A stretch of 64,000 nt of DNA, taken from NCBI GenBank assembly GCA_963817635.1, contig CAWFPR010000020.1, positions 54,866 through 118,865 of the forward strand, written 5' to 3'. Below the pieces are notes generated by a model. That model was not told the DNA's origin and searched no databases. It was given only the letters and a program-made list of their open reading frames with translations. This document shows, one piece after another, positions 38,225 to 48,657 of this stretch. The position numbers were made by a program, and so were the translations under genes. The stretch's first letter is position 1. The number at the start of each line of letters is the position of its first letter. The DNA is from an uncultured Acidobacteriota bacterium (GTDB taxonomy: Bacteria; Acidobacteriota; Vicinamibacteria; Vicinamibacterales; 2-12-FULL-66-21).

Positions 38225-38513
38225 CGCTCCCCGCTGCCCGCTCCCCGCAGTCCGCTGATCCGCTGTCCGCTGTCCGCCAGGCCCGCGAGTTGCATGCTCA
38301 GGCCGAGCCAAGCCCGCACGAACCGGGGCCCCCGAAGTCGCCCGGCAGTAATTCAGGCGTAAGCTGGACTGGAGTCTGCTCATTTCGCAACGTCCGGGCG
38401 TGTGCGAGCGTCCAAGGCTGAAGGCGACAGTATTGCAGAGCCCGGCCTGTGGACACGTCGGGGGGCGGCGGCAAGTTCACGCTCCTGCAGTCTGAAAGGG
38501 ACTCGAGGTTGTC

Positions 38514-39261
38514 GTGACAGCAAATCCGTCGATCCCGGTAAGGGACGCCGTTATCCTCGCGGCAGGAAACGGCGATCGATTCCAGACCCGCACCCGCCGA
38601 TCCAAGCTCCTTCAGCCGGTTCTCGGCCAGCCGCTCATCCTCCGCACACTGACCACCGCTGCCGACGCCGGCGTGACCGCCGTGCACGTCGTCCTGGGCT
38701 ATCAGGCAGCGGAGGTGCGCGCCGCCATCGAGCGTGGCGCGCCGCCGGGCGTGTCCCTGCACTTCGCGGTGAACCCCGACTGGCATCTGGAGAACGGCCT
38801 GTCGGCGTGCGCGGTGCGCGACGCGTTCCAGGATCGCCGCTTTGCGCTGCTGATGGGCGATCACCTGTTCGAGGCCGCGGTGCTGTCAGGGTTGCTGCGC
38901 GCGCACATCCGGGACGGCGAGTCGATCCTGGCGGTCGACACGCGGCCCGCTCCGCCGGAAGTGGCCGCTGAGGCAACGAAGGTCACACTCGAGGGGGATC
39001 GGATCACCGCGATCGGCAAGGACCTCGTGGCGTTCGACGCCCTGGACACCGGGCTGTTCGTCTGTTCGCCGCTGCTGTTCGGCGCGCTGGACGAGGCCTG
39101 CGCCGCGGGCGACACGACGCTGAGCGGCGGCATCCGCCGGCTGGCCGCGCGCGGCCTGATGCGCGCGCGTGACATCGGCGACGCCGAGCTGGTGCGACAT
39201 CGACACGCTCGCCGATCTCGAAACCGCCGAGGCCCTGCTCGTCGAACCTGAACCCGCATGA
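38514..39261 (+). CDS. NTP-transferase (MobA-like/sugar- or inositol-phosphate nucleotidyltransferase), frameshift near 39190
   Basis: AVILAAGNGDRF...KLLQPVLGQPLI. The last 23 aa (CDIDTLADLETAEALLVEPEPA*) are in the +1 frame and end in an ATGA overlap with the next gene. Confidence 0.75.
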
Positions 39262-41582
39262 CCGCCGCCGACCGAGCGCCGCCGCACGCAGATCGTCATC
39301 CGCTGGGGGGCGCTTCTGCTCGGCGTCGTGCTCTTTTCCGGCACGCTCTACTACATCAACTTCCGCGTCGCCATCGGCACGATCGCGGCAGCTTGGCTAC
39401 GCGCTGCCGCTCGCGCTGCTCTTCAGCGGGCTGTGGCACCTGTCGCGCACGTGGGCGTGGGCGTGGTGCTTTCCGCAGCCGCGGACCGTCAGCTTCGCGC
39501 GGCTGGCGCGCGTGCGGCTGTCGGCCGAGGCGTTCAGCTACCTGACGCTGCGCGGCATCGCGGGAGAACCCGCTGAAGGTAGTGCTCCTCGGCGACCGGA
39601 TCGATCCGCGCCAGGCGACGGCCGCCGTCGCGCTCGAACGGATTGCCTATCTCGTCGGCACGACGGTCATCGTCGGCATCGGCTCCGTGCTCGCCATCGC
39701 GGGGCTGGCGCTGTCGCGGCCGTGGTTCCGGGTCTTCAGGGCGTTCGCGATTGCCGCCGCCGTCACTTCGTTCTTCGCCGCGATCGTCATCACGGGACGC
39801 GGCACCTACCTCCGGTCGATGCTGGAGCGGTTCGACGCGATCTTCGGCACGTCGGTCGCCACCGGACGCGTCTCGCGCTTCATCACGGCGGTCGAGCGGC
39901 AGATGCTGGAGCTGGTCCGCGGCAATCCGCGGCGTCTCGCGGTGCTGATCACCGCGACGGTGGCGGCCTACGTCTGTATGGCGCTCGAGGCCTGGGTGAT
40001 CCTGCGCGCGGTGGGCACGCCGATTACGCCGAACGGCGCACTGGCGGTCGAGACGTTCTCGCGCGTCGCGAGTTTTGCGTCCGCGTTCATTCCGGCGAAC
40101 CTGGGGGCGCTCGAAGCGTCGAGCCTCGCCGCGGTGGCGGCAGTGGGCGTGGGAGGCGGCGCGGCGTTGGCGCTCGCGCGGCGGCTTCGCGGATTGCTCT
40201 GGGCCGGCATCGGCCTGGCGATCTACCCGCGCCGATCCGGCGGCCGCGCGACAGCGGCGGAGCCGGCGGCCCGGCCGGCGCGCCCGGATCCGCCCGCGAC
40301 GCTCCTGTACTTCCCGCTCGACCCGGACGCGCCGGTCAGCCCGACGGCGCGGCTGGCCGGACTGCCGATCTGCGAACGCGTCCTTCGCCCCGCCGTCCGC
40401 GCCGGCTACGACCGCGTGATCGTCTGGGTGCCGCACAACCGGGCGAAGTGCGCCCGCGCCCGAGCGCCGCCTGCAGCGGCTGGCCCGCGAATTCCGCCAC
40501 ACGGTGACCGTGGCGGAGGACGAGACGGAGTGGCGGCTCGCGCTCGAGCAGCTGCCGCCGGGGCAGCCCGTCACCGTCATCGGCGCGGGAACGGTCGTCT
40601 CGACCGCGCTCTTCGCCGAAGCGCGCACGATTGCCCCGGCGCCGCGCGGCGCGCGCGATGTCGCCGCCGGCGGCGACTGGCGCGAAAGCGGCCTGCTCCG
40701 GATGACGGCATCGGAGGCCATGTCGCCGACCCGTCGTGATGGCCGCGCTCGGCGAGCGCCGGCGCCGCGCGCTGCCGCTGCCGTCAGGCAAGGACGTCGC
40801 GGACGGCCTCGCGAAGCTCGCGCTCCGGGTCGTCGACGCCGCAGGATCTCGCCGACGCGGAGCAGACGATCCGCCGCGCCAGCTACAAGAACACCGACGC
40901 GAAGCTCGCGCGGTTCAACCGCCGCATGTCGCTGCCGATCAGCGTCGCGCTCATCCCGACGCCGCTCACCGCGAACCAGCTCTCGGTGGTGCTCGTCGCG
41001 CTCGGGTTCTACTCCGCGTGGCTGTTCAGCACGGGCCAGTACCTCGCCGGCGTCCTCGGCGCGTTCCTGTCGCTGTCAGCGAGCGTGCTCGACGGCTGCG
41101 ACGGCGAAATCGCGCGGCTCAAGTACCAGGAGTCCGCGCTCGGCTGCTGGATCGAGACCTTCGGCGACTACTCGTACTACATCGCGATCTTCGTGGGGCT
41201 GACGATCGGGGCGGTGCGCCAGACCGGCTGGGACGTGTTCTACTGGATCGGCGCGCTCGCGCTCGCCGGAACGCTGGTGTCGTTCGCGCTGCTCATCTTC
41301 CTTCGCAACCGCATCACCGGCGGCCAGCCCGAAAAGCTCCACAGCATCGCCAAGGCGCGGTTCAAGGCGGAGCCGACGTTCTGGTCGCGCATCGTCTGGC
41401 GCATCTCGTTCGTCGCGACGCGCGCGGCGATGCCGTACGGCATCATGGCGCTGGCCCTCGTCTACGCGCTGCCGTTCGTCGTCTTCCTCGCGGCGATTGG
41501 CTCGAACGTCTACTGGATCAGTCTGGTGCTGAAACTGCGGCACCTGCTGGGACGGCAGGCGGAGCAGTCCGTCACGGCTTGA
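39258..41582 (+). pseudogene. flippase-like TM domain + nucleotidyltransferase-like linker + CDP-alcohol phosphatidyltransferase, broken by about 6 +1 frameshifts
   Basis: Sensible protein hops between frames near 39285, 39388, 39570, 40440, 40725 and 40840. The final intact ORF (40926-41582) carries the DGCDGEIAR CDP-alcohol transferase motif. Confidence 0.6.
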
Positions 41583-41600
41583 TCGAATCAGCGGCAGCCT

Positions 41601-41695
41601 CTGTCGCGCAGCGATCAGATCACGGGCCTCACAGGAGCAACGGAGAGACGGAGACACGGAGGGTTGCTGTCGCGCTGCGATCGGATCACGGGCCT
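41601..41695. repeat. 29-nt direct repeat pair flanking (G)ACGGAGA micro-repeats
   Basis: ctgtcgcgcagcgatcagatcacgggcct (41601-41629) and ctgtcgcgctgcgatcggatcacgggcct (41667-41695), 27/29 identical. Confidence 0.85.
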
Positions 41696-41765
41696 GACCC
41701 CGACCGCCGCCCGCCGAGCGCCAACGCCGCCGTCTCAGACTTCCCGCCGGCCCCTGGCACAAAGT

Positions 41766-41828
41766 CACGAAGGACACGAAGTAAGTTGTTTGCTTCGTGC
41801 TCTTCGTGCGCTTCGTGTTTCTTCGTGA
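41766..41828. terminator. CACGAAG x2 / CTTCGTG x4 inverted heptamer cluster between convergent genes (candidate bidirectional terminator)
   Basis: cacgaaggacacgaagtaagttgtttgcttcgtgctcttcgtgcgcttcgtgtttcttcgtg can form alternative hairpins. It lies between the + gene end (41582) and the recR end (41872). Confidence 0.4.
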
Positions 41829-41871
41829 TTGCGCCGCAGGCGCCGCGAGTGCGGCTGTCGGCGAATGGCCG

Positions 41872-42468
41872 TTAGACCTCCCGCCGTCCCTCGAGCGCCT
41901 TCCCCATCGTGACGTCGTCGGCGTATTCGAGGTCACTCCCGACCGGGACTCCCATGGCGATGCGCGTGACGCGGACGCCTAGCGGCTTGAGGAGCTTGGC
42001 GAGGTAGATTGCGGTCGCCTCGCCCTCGACGTTGGGGTTGGTCGCCAGGATCACTTCCTCGACGCCGCCCTCCGCGACGCGCGTCAGCAATCCCCTGATC
42101 TTGAGATCGTCCGGGCCGATCCCGTGCAGCGGCGACAGGGCGCCCATGAGCACGTGGTACACGCCCTTGAAGCCGTGCGTCTTCTCGACGCCATTCACGT
42201 TTTCGGGCTCTTCGACGACGCAGATGATGCGGCGATCGCGGCGATCGTCGGTGCAGTAGCAGCAGGGATCGATGTCGGTGATGTTGCTGCAGGTGGAGCA
42301 GTACGTGACGCGATCCTTGACCTCGCGCATCGCCTCGGCGAGCCGATCGACTTCCTCGCGCGGCGTCCTGAGCACGTGGTACGCGAGCCGCTGGGCGCTC
42401 TTGGCACCGATCCCCGGCAGGCGCTGGAGCTGCTCGATGAGCCGGGTCAGCGGATCCGGTCGCGACAT
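41872..42468 (-). CDS. recR: recombination protein RecR
   Basis: [33 protein letters not shown], a Zn finger ([16 protein letters not shown]), and a Toprim domain. Confidence 0.95.
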   Translation of the reverse strand: MSRPDPLTRLIEQLQRLPGIGAKSAQRLAYHVLRTPREEVDRLAEAMREVKDRVTYCSTCSNITDIDPCCYCTDDRRDRRIICVVEEPENVNGVEKTHGFKGVYHVLMGALSPLHGIGPDDLKIRGLLTRVAEGGVEEVILATNPNVEGEATAIYLAKLLKPLGVRVTRIAMGVPVGSDLEYADDVTMGKALEGRREV

Positions 42469-42767
42469 CAGAACATGCCCGGGATCTTCAGGCCGCCCAT
42501 CATGCCGCTCATCTGCTGCTGCATGCCTTCGTCGGCCTTCCGGTGCGCGTCGTTGACTGCAGCCAGAATCAGGTCCTGCAGCATCTCGACGTCGTCTTTC
42601 GTGACCGCCTCGGGGTCGATCTTGATGGACAGCAGCTGTTTCGAGCCGTTGATCACGACCGTGACCATGCCGCCGCCCGAGCTGGCCTCGACCTTCATTT
42701 CGGCCATCTGCTTCTGCAGCTTGTCCTGCATCTGCTGGGCCTGCTTCATCATTTCCTGGATGTTCAT
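42468..42767 (-). CDS. ybaB: nucleoid-associated protein YbaB/EbfC
   Basis: [53 protein letters not shown] is the canonical sequence. TGATG overlap with recR. Confidence 0.95.
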   Translation of the reverse strand: MNIQEMMKQAQQMQDKLQKQMAEMKVEASSGGGMVTVVINGSKQLLSIKIDPEAVTKDDVEMLQDLILAAVNDAHRKADEGMQQQMSGMMGGLKIPGMF

Positions 42768-42798
42768 CGAACCTCCTCCATTCCTGCCGGGCCAAGCC

Positions 42799-44548
42799 CT
42801 ACGATTTGCCGTCGATTTCCTCGACGTCCCTGATCTCCGCGGCGAACACGTCGAGCATGGCCTGGACTCCGGAATCGGCGAGCGCCTGCTGCTTCAGCTC
42901 CGCCTGGCGATCCGGTTCGGCAGTGGCATCGGCTGGCACGCCTGACCGGGCGGGAGCCGACGCGGCCGTGCCCTCGACCGAGACGACGGCCATGCGCCGG
43001 CCGGCCAGCTCCGTCGCCAGCGTCTCGAGCTGCGTGCGTGACTGGTCGAGCTGCGCGCGAAGCGCCCGGTGCTGGGGCGCGAACGTGAACACGATGCGGG
43101 CCGTTTCGACGTCGATCCGCTGAGCCTGCGCCACGACCGTGCCGTAGAAGTAACTTCTTCGCCTTGCGGATCTCGCCGAGAAATGCGTCCTTGATCTCGG
43201 CGGGGCCGACCTGCTGCACGTGAGGGATGTGGCCGTTCCTGCCGTCGCCCATGGCGGCGGCCGGCTCGGCGGCCGGCCTGGCCGGCTCCTTCCGGGCTTC
43301 AACGGCCCGCACCGTGGCGGCGGCTGCAGCCGGTGGCCTCGGCGCGGGACGCGCGGACGCGGCGACCTGGCGGGCTGGCGCCGCGGCGCGTGCTGACGGA
43401 AGCGGACCGCCCTTCTCGAGCCGCTCGATCAGGTCGCTGATCGGCACCAGTTTGCGCAGATGGATCCAGCGCAGGAGCGCCATCTCGAGGTGATAGCGTG
43501 GCTGGGCCGAACCGCGGATCTCGTAGTCGGCCTTCGTCAGGATCTCGAAGGCGCGCATCAGGTCTTCGGCTGAGAACTGCGCCGCCAGCGCCTTGACGCG
43601 CTCGCGATCGCCTTCGGCACAGATTTCGGGATCCGAAAGCCGCGACGGGTCGATTCCCGCGACGAGCAGATCGCGGGTGAGGCGCGCCAGCTCGCGGATG
43701 ACGAGCCGGAGATCGTAGCCGGACTCGACCGACTGCGCCGCCAGGTCGAAGATCGCGGCGGCGTCTTCCCGCGCAACGGCTTCGGCGATGTCGAGCAGGA
43801 GATCCCGGCGCACCAGCCCGAGCACCGTCGCGACATCGTCTGCGACCAGCCGCGCGCCGGCGAACGCAATCACCTGGTCGAAGGCGCTCTGGGCGTCGCG
43901 CATGCTGCCGTCGCCGGCGCGCGCGATCAGCATCAGCGCGGCGTCGTCGACCTCGATCTTCTCGGCGTCGGCAATCCGGCGAAGCTGGTCCGCGATCGGC
44001 TTGAGCCCGATCGCCTTCAGCTCGAAGACCTGAGAACGGGACTGGATGGTCGCCGGCACCTTGTCGATCTCGGTCGTCGCCATCATGAACACGACGTGCG
44101 GCGGCGGCTCCTCGACCGACTTGAGGAGCGCGTCGAAGGCCGAGTTCGACAGACGATGGACTTCGTCGATGATGAAAATCTTGTAGCGGTCGCGGGCGGG
44201 CGCGGTGCCGAGGCCGGCGATGATATTCTCGCGGACCTTGTCGACCTGGGTGTTGGTCGCGGCGTCGATCTCGAGCACGTCCATGTCGCGCCCCTGGGCG
44301 ATTTCGACGCAGGCGTCGCAGACGCCGCAGGGATCCGCGGTCGGCCCCTTGTCGCAGTTCAATCCGCGTGCGAGGATGCGGGCGGTCGTCGTCTTGCCGA
44401 CGCCGCGCGGGCCGGAAAACACGAACGACTGGGCGATGCGCCGGGCCGCGATGGCGTTGCGGAGCGTCTGCGTGACGCCGCGCTGGCCGATCACGTCCTC
44501 GAAGCGCTGCGGGCGCCATTTGCGCGCCAGGACCTGGTATGTGGCCAC
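42799..44548 (-). CDS. dnaX: DNA polymerase III subunit gamma/tau, with the C-terminal domain in the +1 frame (shift near 43150)
   Basis: GTG start, (M)ATYQVLARKWRPQRFEDVIGQ, GPRGVGKTT, Zn module CGVCDACVEI, SRSQVF. After ...FLGEIRKAKK the conserved tail YFYGTVVAQAQRIDVETARIVFTF...EIDGKS* continues only in the +1 frame. Confidence 0.9.
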
Positions 44549-44580
44549 GTGAGTGTATCGAAGGTTGAAAGGCTGAGGTC

Positions 44581-44704
44581 GGGGCCCTACCGCGACCCGG
44601 GAGGCCTGCGGCACATCCGAGGATCTGCTTAGCGCTGCTGCCTTCCGGCCCTGACGCGGTTCGCAGGCTGAGATTGCACAGGTTCCGGGCCGCGGTACGG
44701 CCCC
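44581..44704 (-). ncRNA. ffs: signal recognition particle RNA (small/4.5S type)
   Basis: The minus strand reads GGGGCCGUACCGCGGCCCGG...CGUCAGGGCCGGAAGGCAGCAGCGCUAAG...CCGGGUCGCGGUAGGGCCCC. It has the conserved domain IV motif GUCAGG.CCGGAAGG.AGCAGC and a long closing helix, and lies upstream of dnaX as in many bacteria. Confidence 0.8.
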
Positions 44705-44805
44705 GAATCATCGAGTGTACCTTTGGCTCGACCGTCAGGCAAGCGCAACTGCGGGCAGCGGCCATCTTCTCGACGTTCGGACGATAGCGGAAAGGAGCGC
44801 CAGGC

Positions 44806-46734
44806 ATGCCGGCATCACAGGCACACATTTCCACCTCGACGCCGATGGGCGGATCCATCCTGCCCGATGGCGCCACCTTCCGGGTGTGGGCCCCGGCGGC
44901 GCTCGAGGTCCACGCGCTCGGCGATTTCAACGGATGGACGCGGACGGAGAATTCGAAGCTCGTGCGCCAGCCGGACGGCCGATGGGCCGGGTTCTTCAGC
45001 GGCGCCGCCGACGGAATGACCTACAAATTTTATGTGGTCGGCGCCGGGAGCGAAGGCTTCAAGCGGGATCCGTACGCGCGGGAACTGACGGTGAGCTGGC
45101 CCACGCCGGAGTGCATCCTGCGGTCGGCGAGTTCGTACCCGTGGCAGGACTGGACGTGGCGGACGCCTCCCTTCAACGACCTGATCTGCTATCAGTTCCA
45201 CGTCGGCACGTTCTACGGGCCGGACCGCGAGCACCGGGTCGCCACGTTCCTGGACGTGCTCGACCGCCTGGAATACCTCGCCGATCTCGGCGTCAACGCG
45301 ATCGAGCCGCTGCCGATCGTGGAATACAGCACGCCAAGGAGCATGGGCTACAACGGGTCGGACCTGTTCTCGCCGGAGATGGACTACCAGGTGCCCGACG
45401 CGGAGATCGACGCCTACCTGCCCACGGTCAACCGGCTGCTGACGGGCAGAGGCAGGAGCGCGCTGCTGCGCCACCAGCTCGCCGTGCCGATCAACCAGCT
45501 CAAGGTGCTCGTGGATATCTGCCACGCCTGGGGCATCGCGGTCATCTTCGACGTCGTCCACAACCACGCGTCCGGCGACGTGCGCGGGCAGGACGAGTCG
45601 CTGTACTTCTTCGACCGGCAGCGCCCCGGCAACGACAACGACAGCCAGTACTTCACCGATCAGGAGCACACGGGACCGATCTTCGCGTTCTGGAAACCCG
45701 AGGTCCGGCAGTTCCTGATCGACAACGCGCGGTTCTTCGTCGAGGAGTACCACGTTGACGGGTTCCGCTACGACCAGGTGACGGTGATCGACCGGCAGAA
45801 CGTGGGGAGCGGCTGGCAGTTCTGCCAGGACCTCAACGGCACCGTGCGCGGGACGGATCCCGCGGCAATCAACGTCGCCGAATACTGGGGGCCTGAGCCG
45901 GCGGTCGTTCGACCTCGCGCCGAGGGCGGGGCCGACTTCGATGCCGCCTGGCACGACGGGCTGCGGCGCGCGATTCGCGGCGCGATCGGACAGGCGGCCG
46001 GCGGGCAGCAGGCGTTCTTCGACTGGCAGCCGGTCGTCGATCAGCTCCGCGCGCCCGGCTTCCGCGACGCGTGGCGCGCCGTGCAGTGCATCGAGAGCCA
46101 TGACGAGGTCTATCGGGACCGCGGTCCGCGCATCGCGACGCTCGCGGGCGGCGGCGACAGCCGAGGCTGGTACGCGCGCAGCCGTTCCCGGGTCGCGCTC
46201 GGCCTGCTCGTTACCGCACCCGGCATTCCGATGATCTTCATGGGGCAGGAGTTCCTCGAGGACAAGCAGTGGGCCGACGCTCCGGAGTTCTACGCCGACG
46301 CGCTGCTCGACTGGGACGGGCTCTCATCGGACAGAGCGATGATCGACTTCCATCGATTCACGCGCGAGCTGATGTGGCTGCGGCGAAAGCACCCTGCGCT
46401 TCGCGCCGAAGGGGTGGCCACGCGGGCGATCGACAACGTCGGCCGCGTGCTCGCGTTCGAGCGCTGGATTCCGGGAACGGGACGCAACGTGATGGTCGTC
46501 GCGAGCCTCAACGAATCGACCCACGGCGGCTACCTGATTCCGTTCCCGGCCGGCGGAGAGTGGCGCGAGGTCTTCAACAGCGACGTGTACGACAACTGGA
46601 TGAATCCGCTCGCGGCGGGCAATGGCGGACGTGTGTGGGCGTACGGACCGGGACTCAACGGCCTGGCCGCCTCGGCGTCGGTGGTGATTCCGGCAAACGG
46701 CATCCTCGTGTTCACGCGCGACGACGGCGATTGA
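44806..46734 (+). CDS. GH13 alpha-amylase-family enzyme with an N-terminal CBM48 (branching/debranching type)
   Basis: GATFRVWAP...GDFNGW (CBM48-like). GH13 regions: GVNAIEPLP, FDVVHNHAS, GFRYDQV, EYWG, ESHDE. Confidence 0.85.
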   Translation: MPASQAHISTSTPMGGSILPDGATFRVWAPAALEVHALGDFNGWTRTENSKLVRQPDGRWAGFFSGAADGMTYKFYVVGAGSEGFKRDPYARELTVSWPTPECILRSASSYPWQDWTWRTPPFNDLICYQFHVGTFYGPDREHRVATFLDVLDRLEYLADLGVNAIEPLPIVEYSTPRSMGYNGSDLFSPEMDYQVPDAEIDAYLPTVNRLLTGRGRSALLRHQLAVPINQLKVLVDICHAWGIAVIFDVVHNHASGDVRGQDESLYFFDRQRPGNDNDSQYFTDQEHTGPIFAFWKPEVRQFLIDNARFFVEEYHVDGFRYDQVTVIDRQNVGSGWQFCQDLNGTVRGTDPAAINVAEYWGPEPAVVRPRAEGGADFDAAWHDGLRRAIRGAIGQAAGGQQAFFDWQPVVDQLRAPGFRDAWRAVQCIESHDEVYRDRGPRIATLAGGGDSRGWYARSRSRVALGLLVTAPGIPMIFMGQEFLEDKQWADAPEFYADALLDWDGLSSDRAMIDFHRFTRELMWLRRKHPALRAEGVATRAIDNVGRVLAFERWIPGTGRNVMVVASLNESTHGGYLIPFPAGGEWREVFNSDVYDNWMNPLAAGNGGRVWAYGPGLNGLAASASVVIPANGILVFTRDDGD

Positions 46735-46755
46735 GGCGGACGGTTCGCAGGACGT

Positions 46756-46775
46756 GGTAATATTCAGGTATTACC
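46756..46775 (+). promoter_or_regulatory. palindrome GGTAATA-N6-TATTACC abutting the vapB start (candidate antitoxin operator)
   Basis: ggtaatattcaggtattacc lies immediately 5' of ATG 46776. RHH antitoxins commonly autoregulate through such inverted repeats. Confidence 0.35.
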
Positions 46776-46976
46776 ATGCCGACGATCACGGTGAAGCTCG
46801 ACAAGAAACGCGCGGCGCGACTGGCGCGCTGGGCACGGCGCAGCAAGATCCCCAAGTCCGACGTGATTCGAGCCCTGATCGATCGGGCGGGACCGATCGA
46901 AACAGGGGATGACCTCCTCGAATGGGTCGCGCAGGCAAACGGCAAGGGTCTCGGGTTGGCCCAGATCAAGCCGTGA
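46776..46976 (+). CDS. vapB: ribbon-helix-helix (CopG/VapB-type) antitoxin
   Basis: MPTITVKLDKKRAARLARWARRSKIPKSDVIRALI is an RHH fold signature. GTGA overlap with the following PIN gene. Confidence 0.75.
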   Translation: MPTITVKLDKKRAARLARWARRSKIPKSDVIRALIDRAGPIETGDDLLEWVAQANGKGLGLAQIKP

Positions 46977-47356
46977 GCCGGCCTGTCCTGCTCGACACGT
47001 CGTTCCTCGTCGCCCTCGAGCGCGAAACAGCCGGCGGCCGGACCGGTCCGGCGCGGAAGTTCCTTCCGTCGCTTCGTGGCCGCCCGCTGACGATCTCGAT
47101 CGTGACCGTCGAGGAGATTCTCGAGGGCGCGGTGGACGAGGCGACCGCGTTCGCCTCATTGCAGCGGTTTGCCATCCAGGGCGTTCACCTCGCCCAGGCG
47201 CGGCGGTGCGCACTGCTCCAGCGCCGCGCCTCGCGACGGATGGGCGAGAACGACGCCTGGCTGGTGGCGACTGCCGACGTGCTCGACGCGGACGTCGTCG
47301 GAGCAGATCGCGCGGCGTTCGAGCGGCTGGGACCGCGGTATCTCCGCTTTCGCTGA
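46973..47356 (+). CDS. vapC: PIN-domain toxin VapC
   Basis: (V)SRPVLLDTSFLVALERE...TVEEILEG...GENDAWLVATA carries the conserved acidic PIN residues (D, E, D). Confidence 0.8.
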   Translation: MSRPVLLDTSFLVALERETAGGRTGPARKFLPSLRGRPLTISIVTVEEILEGAVDEATAFASLQRFAIQGVHLAQARRCALLQRRASRRMGENDAWLVATADVLDADVVGADRAAFERLGPRYLRFR

Positions 47357-47364
47357 AGGGCCGC

Positions 47365-48657
47365 TTACGGTGAACGCCGCGCCTGTCCCCACCCGCCGAT
47401 CAGCACGCCGGCCGCGACGGCCAGCACGCTTCCGAACTCGATCGCGAGCGCGCCCGGCGGGACCGCCCAGGCGCCGCCGAGAGTGGCGATGCGCCAGACC
47501 ACGTACGTGGCCAGAATGCTCACCGACCACGCCAGGAGCGGCAGGGTCGTGCGGCCGCTGAGCGTGAACGGCAACAGCCAGAGCAGATACCAGGGGTACA
47601 CGACGGGCGACGCGATCAGGGCGGCCGCCATCGGCCAGGCCCATGTGTCCGGCCGCCCGATGCCGAGGCGAGCTTGCAGCACGGCCGCCACCGCGAGGCC
47701 GCCCAGCACACCCAGACCCGTGGCCCAGCGCGGACCGAGGATTGCCGCCGCCGGCACGAACAGCGTCTCGTTGAAGCGGAATCGATCCACGAAGATTCCG
47801 AGGGAGCCGACCGGCAGCGATCCTCGCGTCAGATACGGTGCCGCGAGCAGCAGCAGGAGCGCAGCGCCGGCAGCCGCGTCGGCGAGCCGGATGCGGCGCC
47901 AGTACAGCGGCAGCAGCACAATCGGCAGCGGCTTGATCGCCACCGCCATGGCAAACGCCAGCACGCTCGCGAGGCCGCGCCCTTCGATCAGCAGCAGGGC
48001 GGATGCGGTCAGGAACATGGCGCCCGCCACATCGACGTGCGCCTGGCCGGCCGTCGCGAGCAGCAGGAGCGGGCTCCACGCGTACACCAGCATCCAGCGC
48101 GGAGACGCCCTCCAGATCCGCAGCAGCCGCCAGACCACCAGCGCGAGCAGCAGATCGCAGACGGCGAACGCCACCTTGAACGCGTACGCGTTCTGGCTCA
48201 GCCGGTACACGACTCGAAACAGGAGCTGCGCGCCGGGCGGATACGGCGTCGGCACGCGGGGATTGTTGATGCGTCGTGACTCGTCGGTCTGAAGCGCAGC
48301 CACCGCGGGATCCGCGGGCGCGAGCGCGTACGGATCGTAGCCTGCCTGCTGGACGCGCGCGTCCCAGACGTACCGATACACATCCGTGCTGGGCGCCTCC
48401 AGCCAAAAGGGGATGCGAAGCGCGACCGCCAGCACCAGACACCCTTGGACGAAACGGCGGGACAGGGGATCGGTCGATCTCAGCGCCGCGACGATGCTCA
48501 CGGCGTAGCCGGCGGCCAGTACCGCAAGCAGCGGCACGAACCCGGGCTGGTCGGCACCCGGCGCTCTCGCCGCCATCGCCACCGCCGTCGCGGACATGGT
48601 CAGCGCACCCGCGACGATGACGAGGCGGTTATCGATCCGCATGGCCGGTGGGCCCAC
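47365..48657 (-). CDS. GT87/DUF2029-type polyprenol-phosphate-dependent glycosyl (mannosyl) transferase
   Basis: About 10 TM helices. The first periplasmic loop (TDVYRYVWDARVQQAGYDPY...PYPPGAQLLF) is typical of DUF2029. The start is uncertain (48657, 48642 or 48597). Confidence 0.7.
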   Translation of the reverse strand: MGPPAMRIDNRLVIVAGALTMSATAVAMAARAPGADQPGFVPLLAVLAAGYAVSIVAALRSTDPLSRRFVQGCLVLAVALRIPFWLEAPSTDVYRYVWDARVQQAGYDPYALAPADPAVAALQTDESRRINNPRVPTPYPPGAQLLFRVVYRLSQNAYAFKVAFAVCDLLLALVVWRLLRIWRASPRWMLVYAWSPLLLLATAGQAHVDVAGAMFLTASALLLIEGRGLASVLAFAMAVAIKPLPIVLLPLYWRRIRLADAAAGAALLLLLAAPYLTRGSLPVGSLGIFVDRFRFNETLFVPAAAILGPRWATGLGVLGGLAVAAVLQARLGIGRPDTWAWPMAAALIASPVVYPWYLLWLLPFTLSGRTTLPLLAWSVSILATYVVWRIATLGGAWAVPPGALAIEFGSVLAVAAGVLIGGWGQARRSP

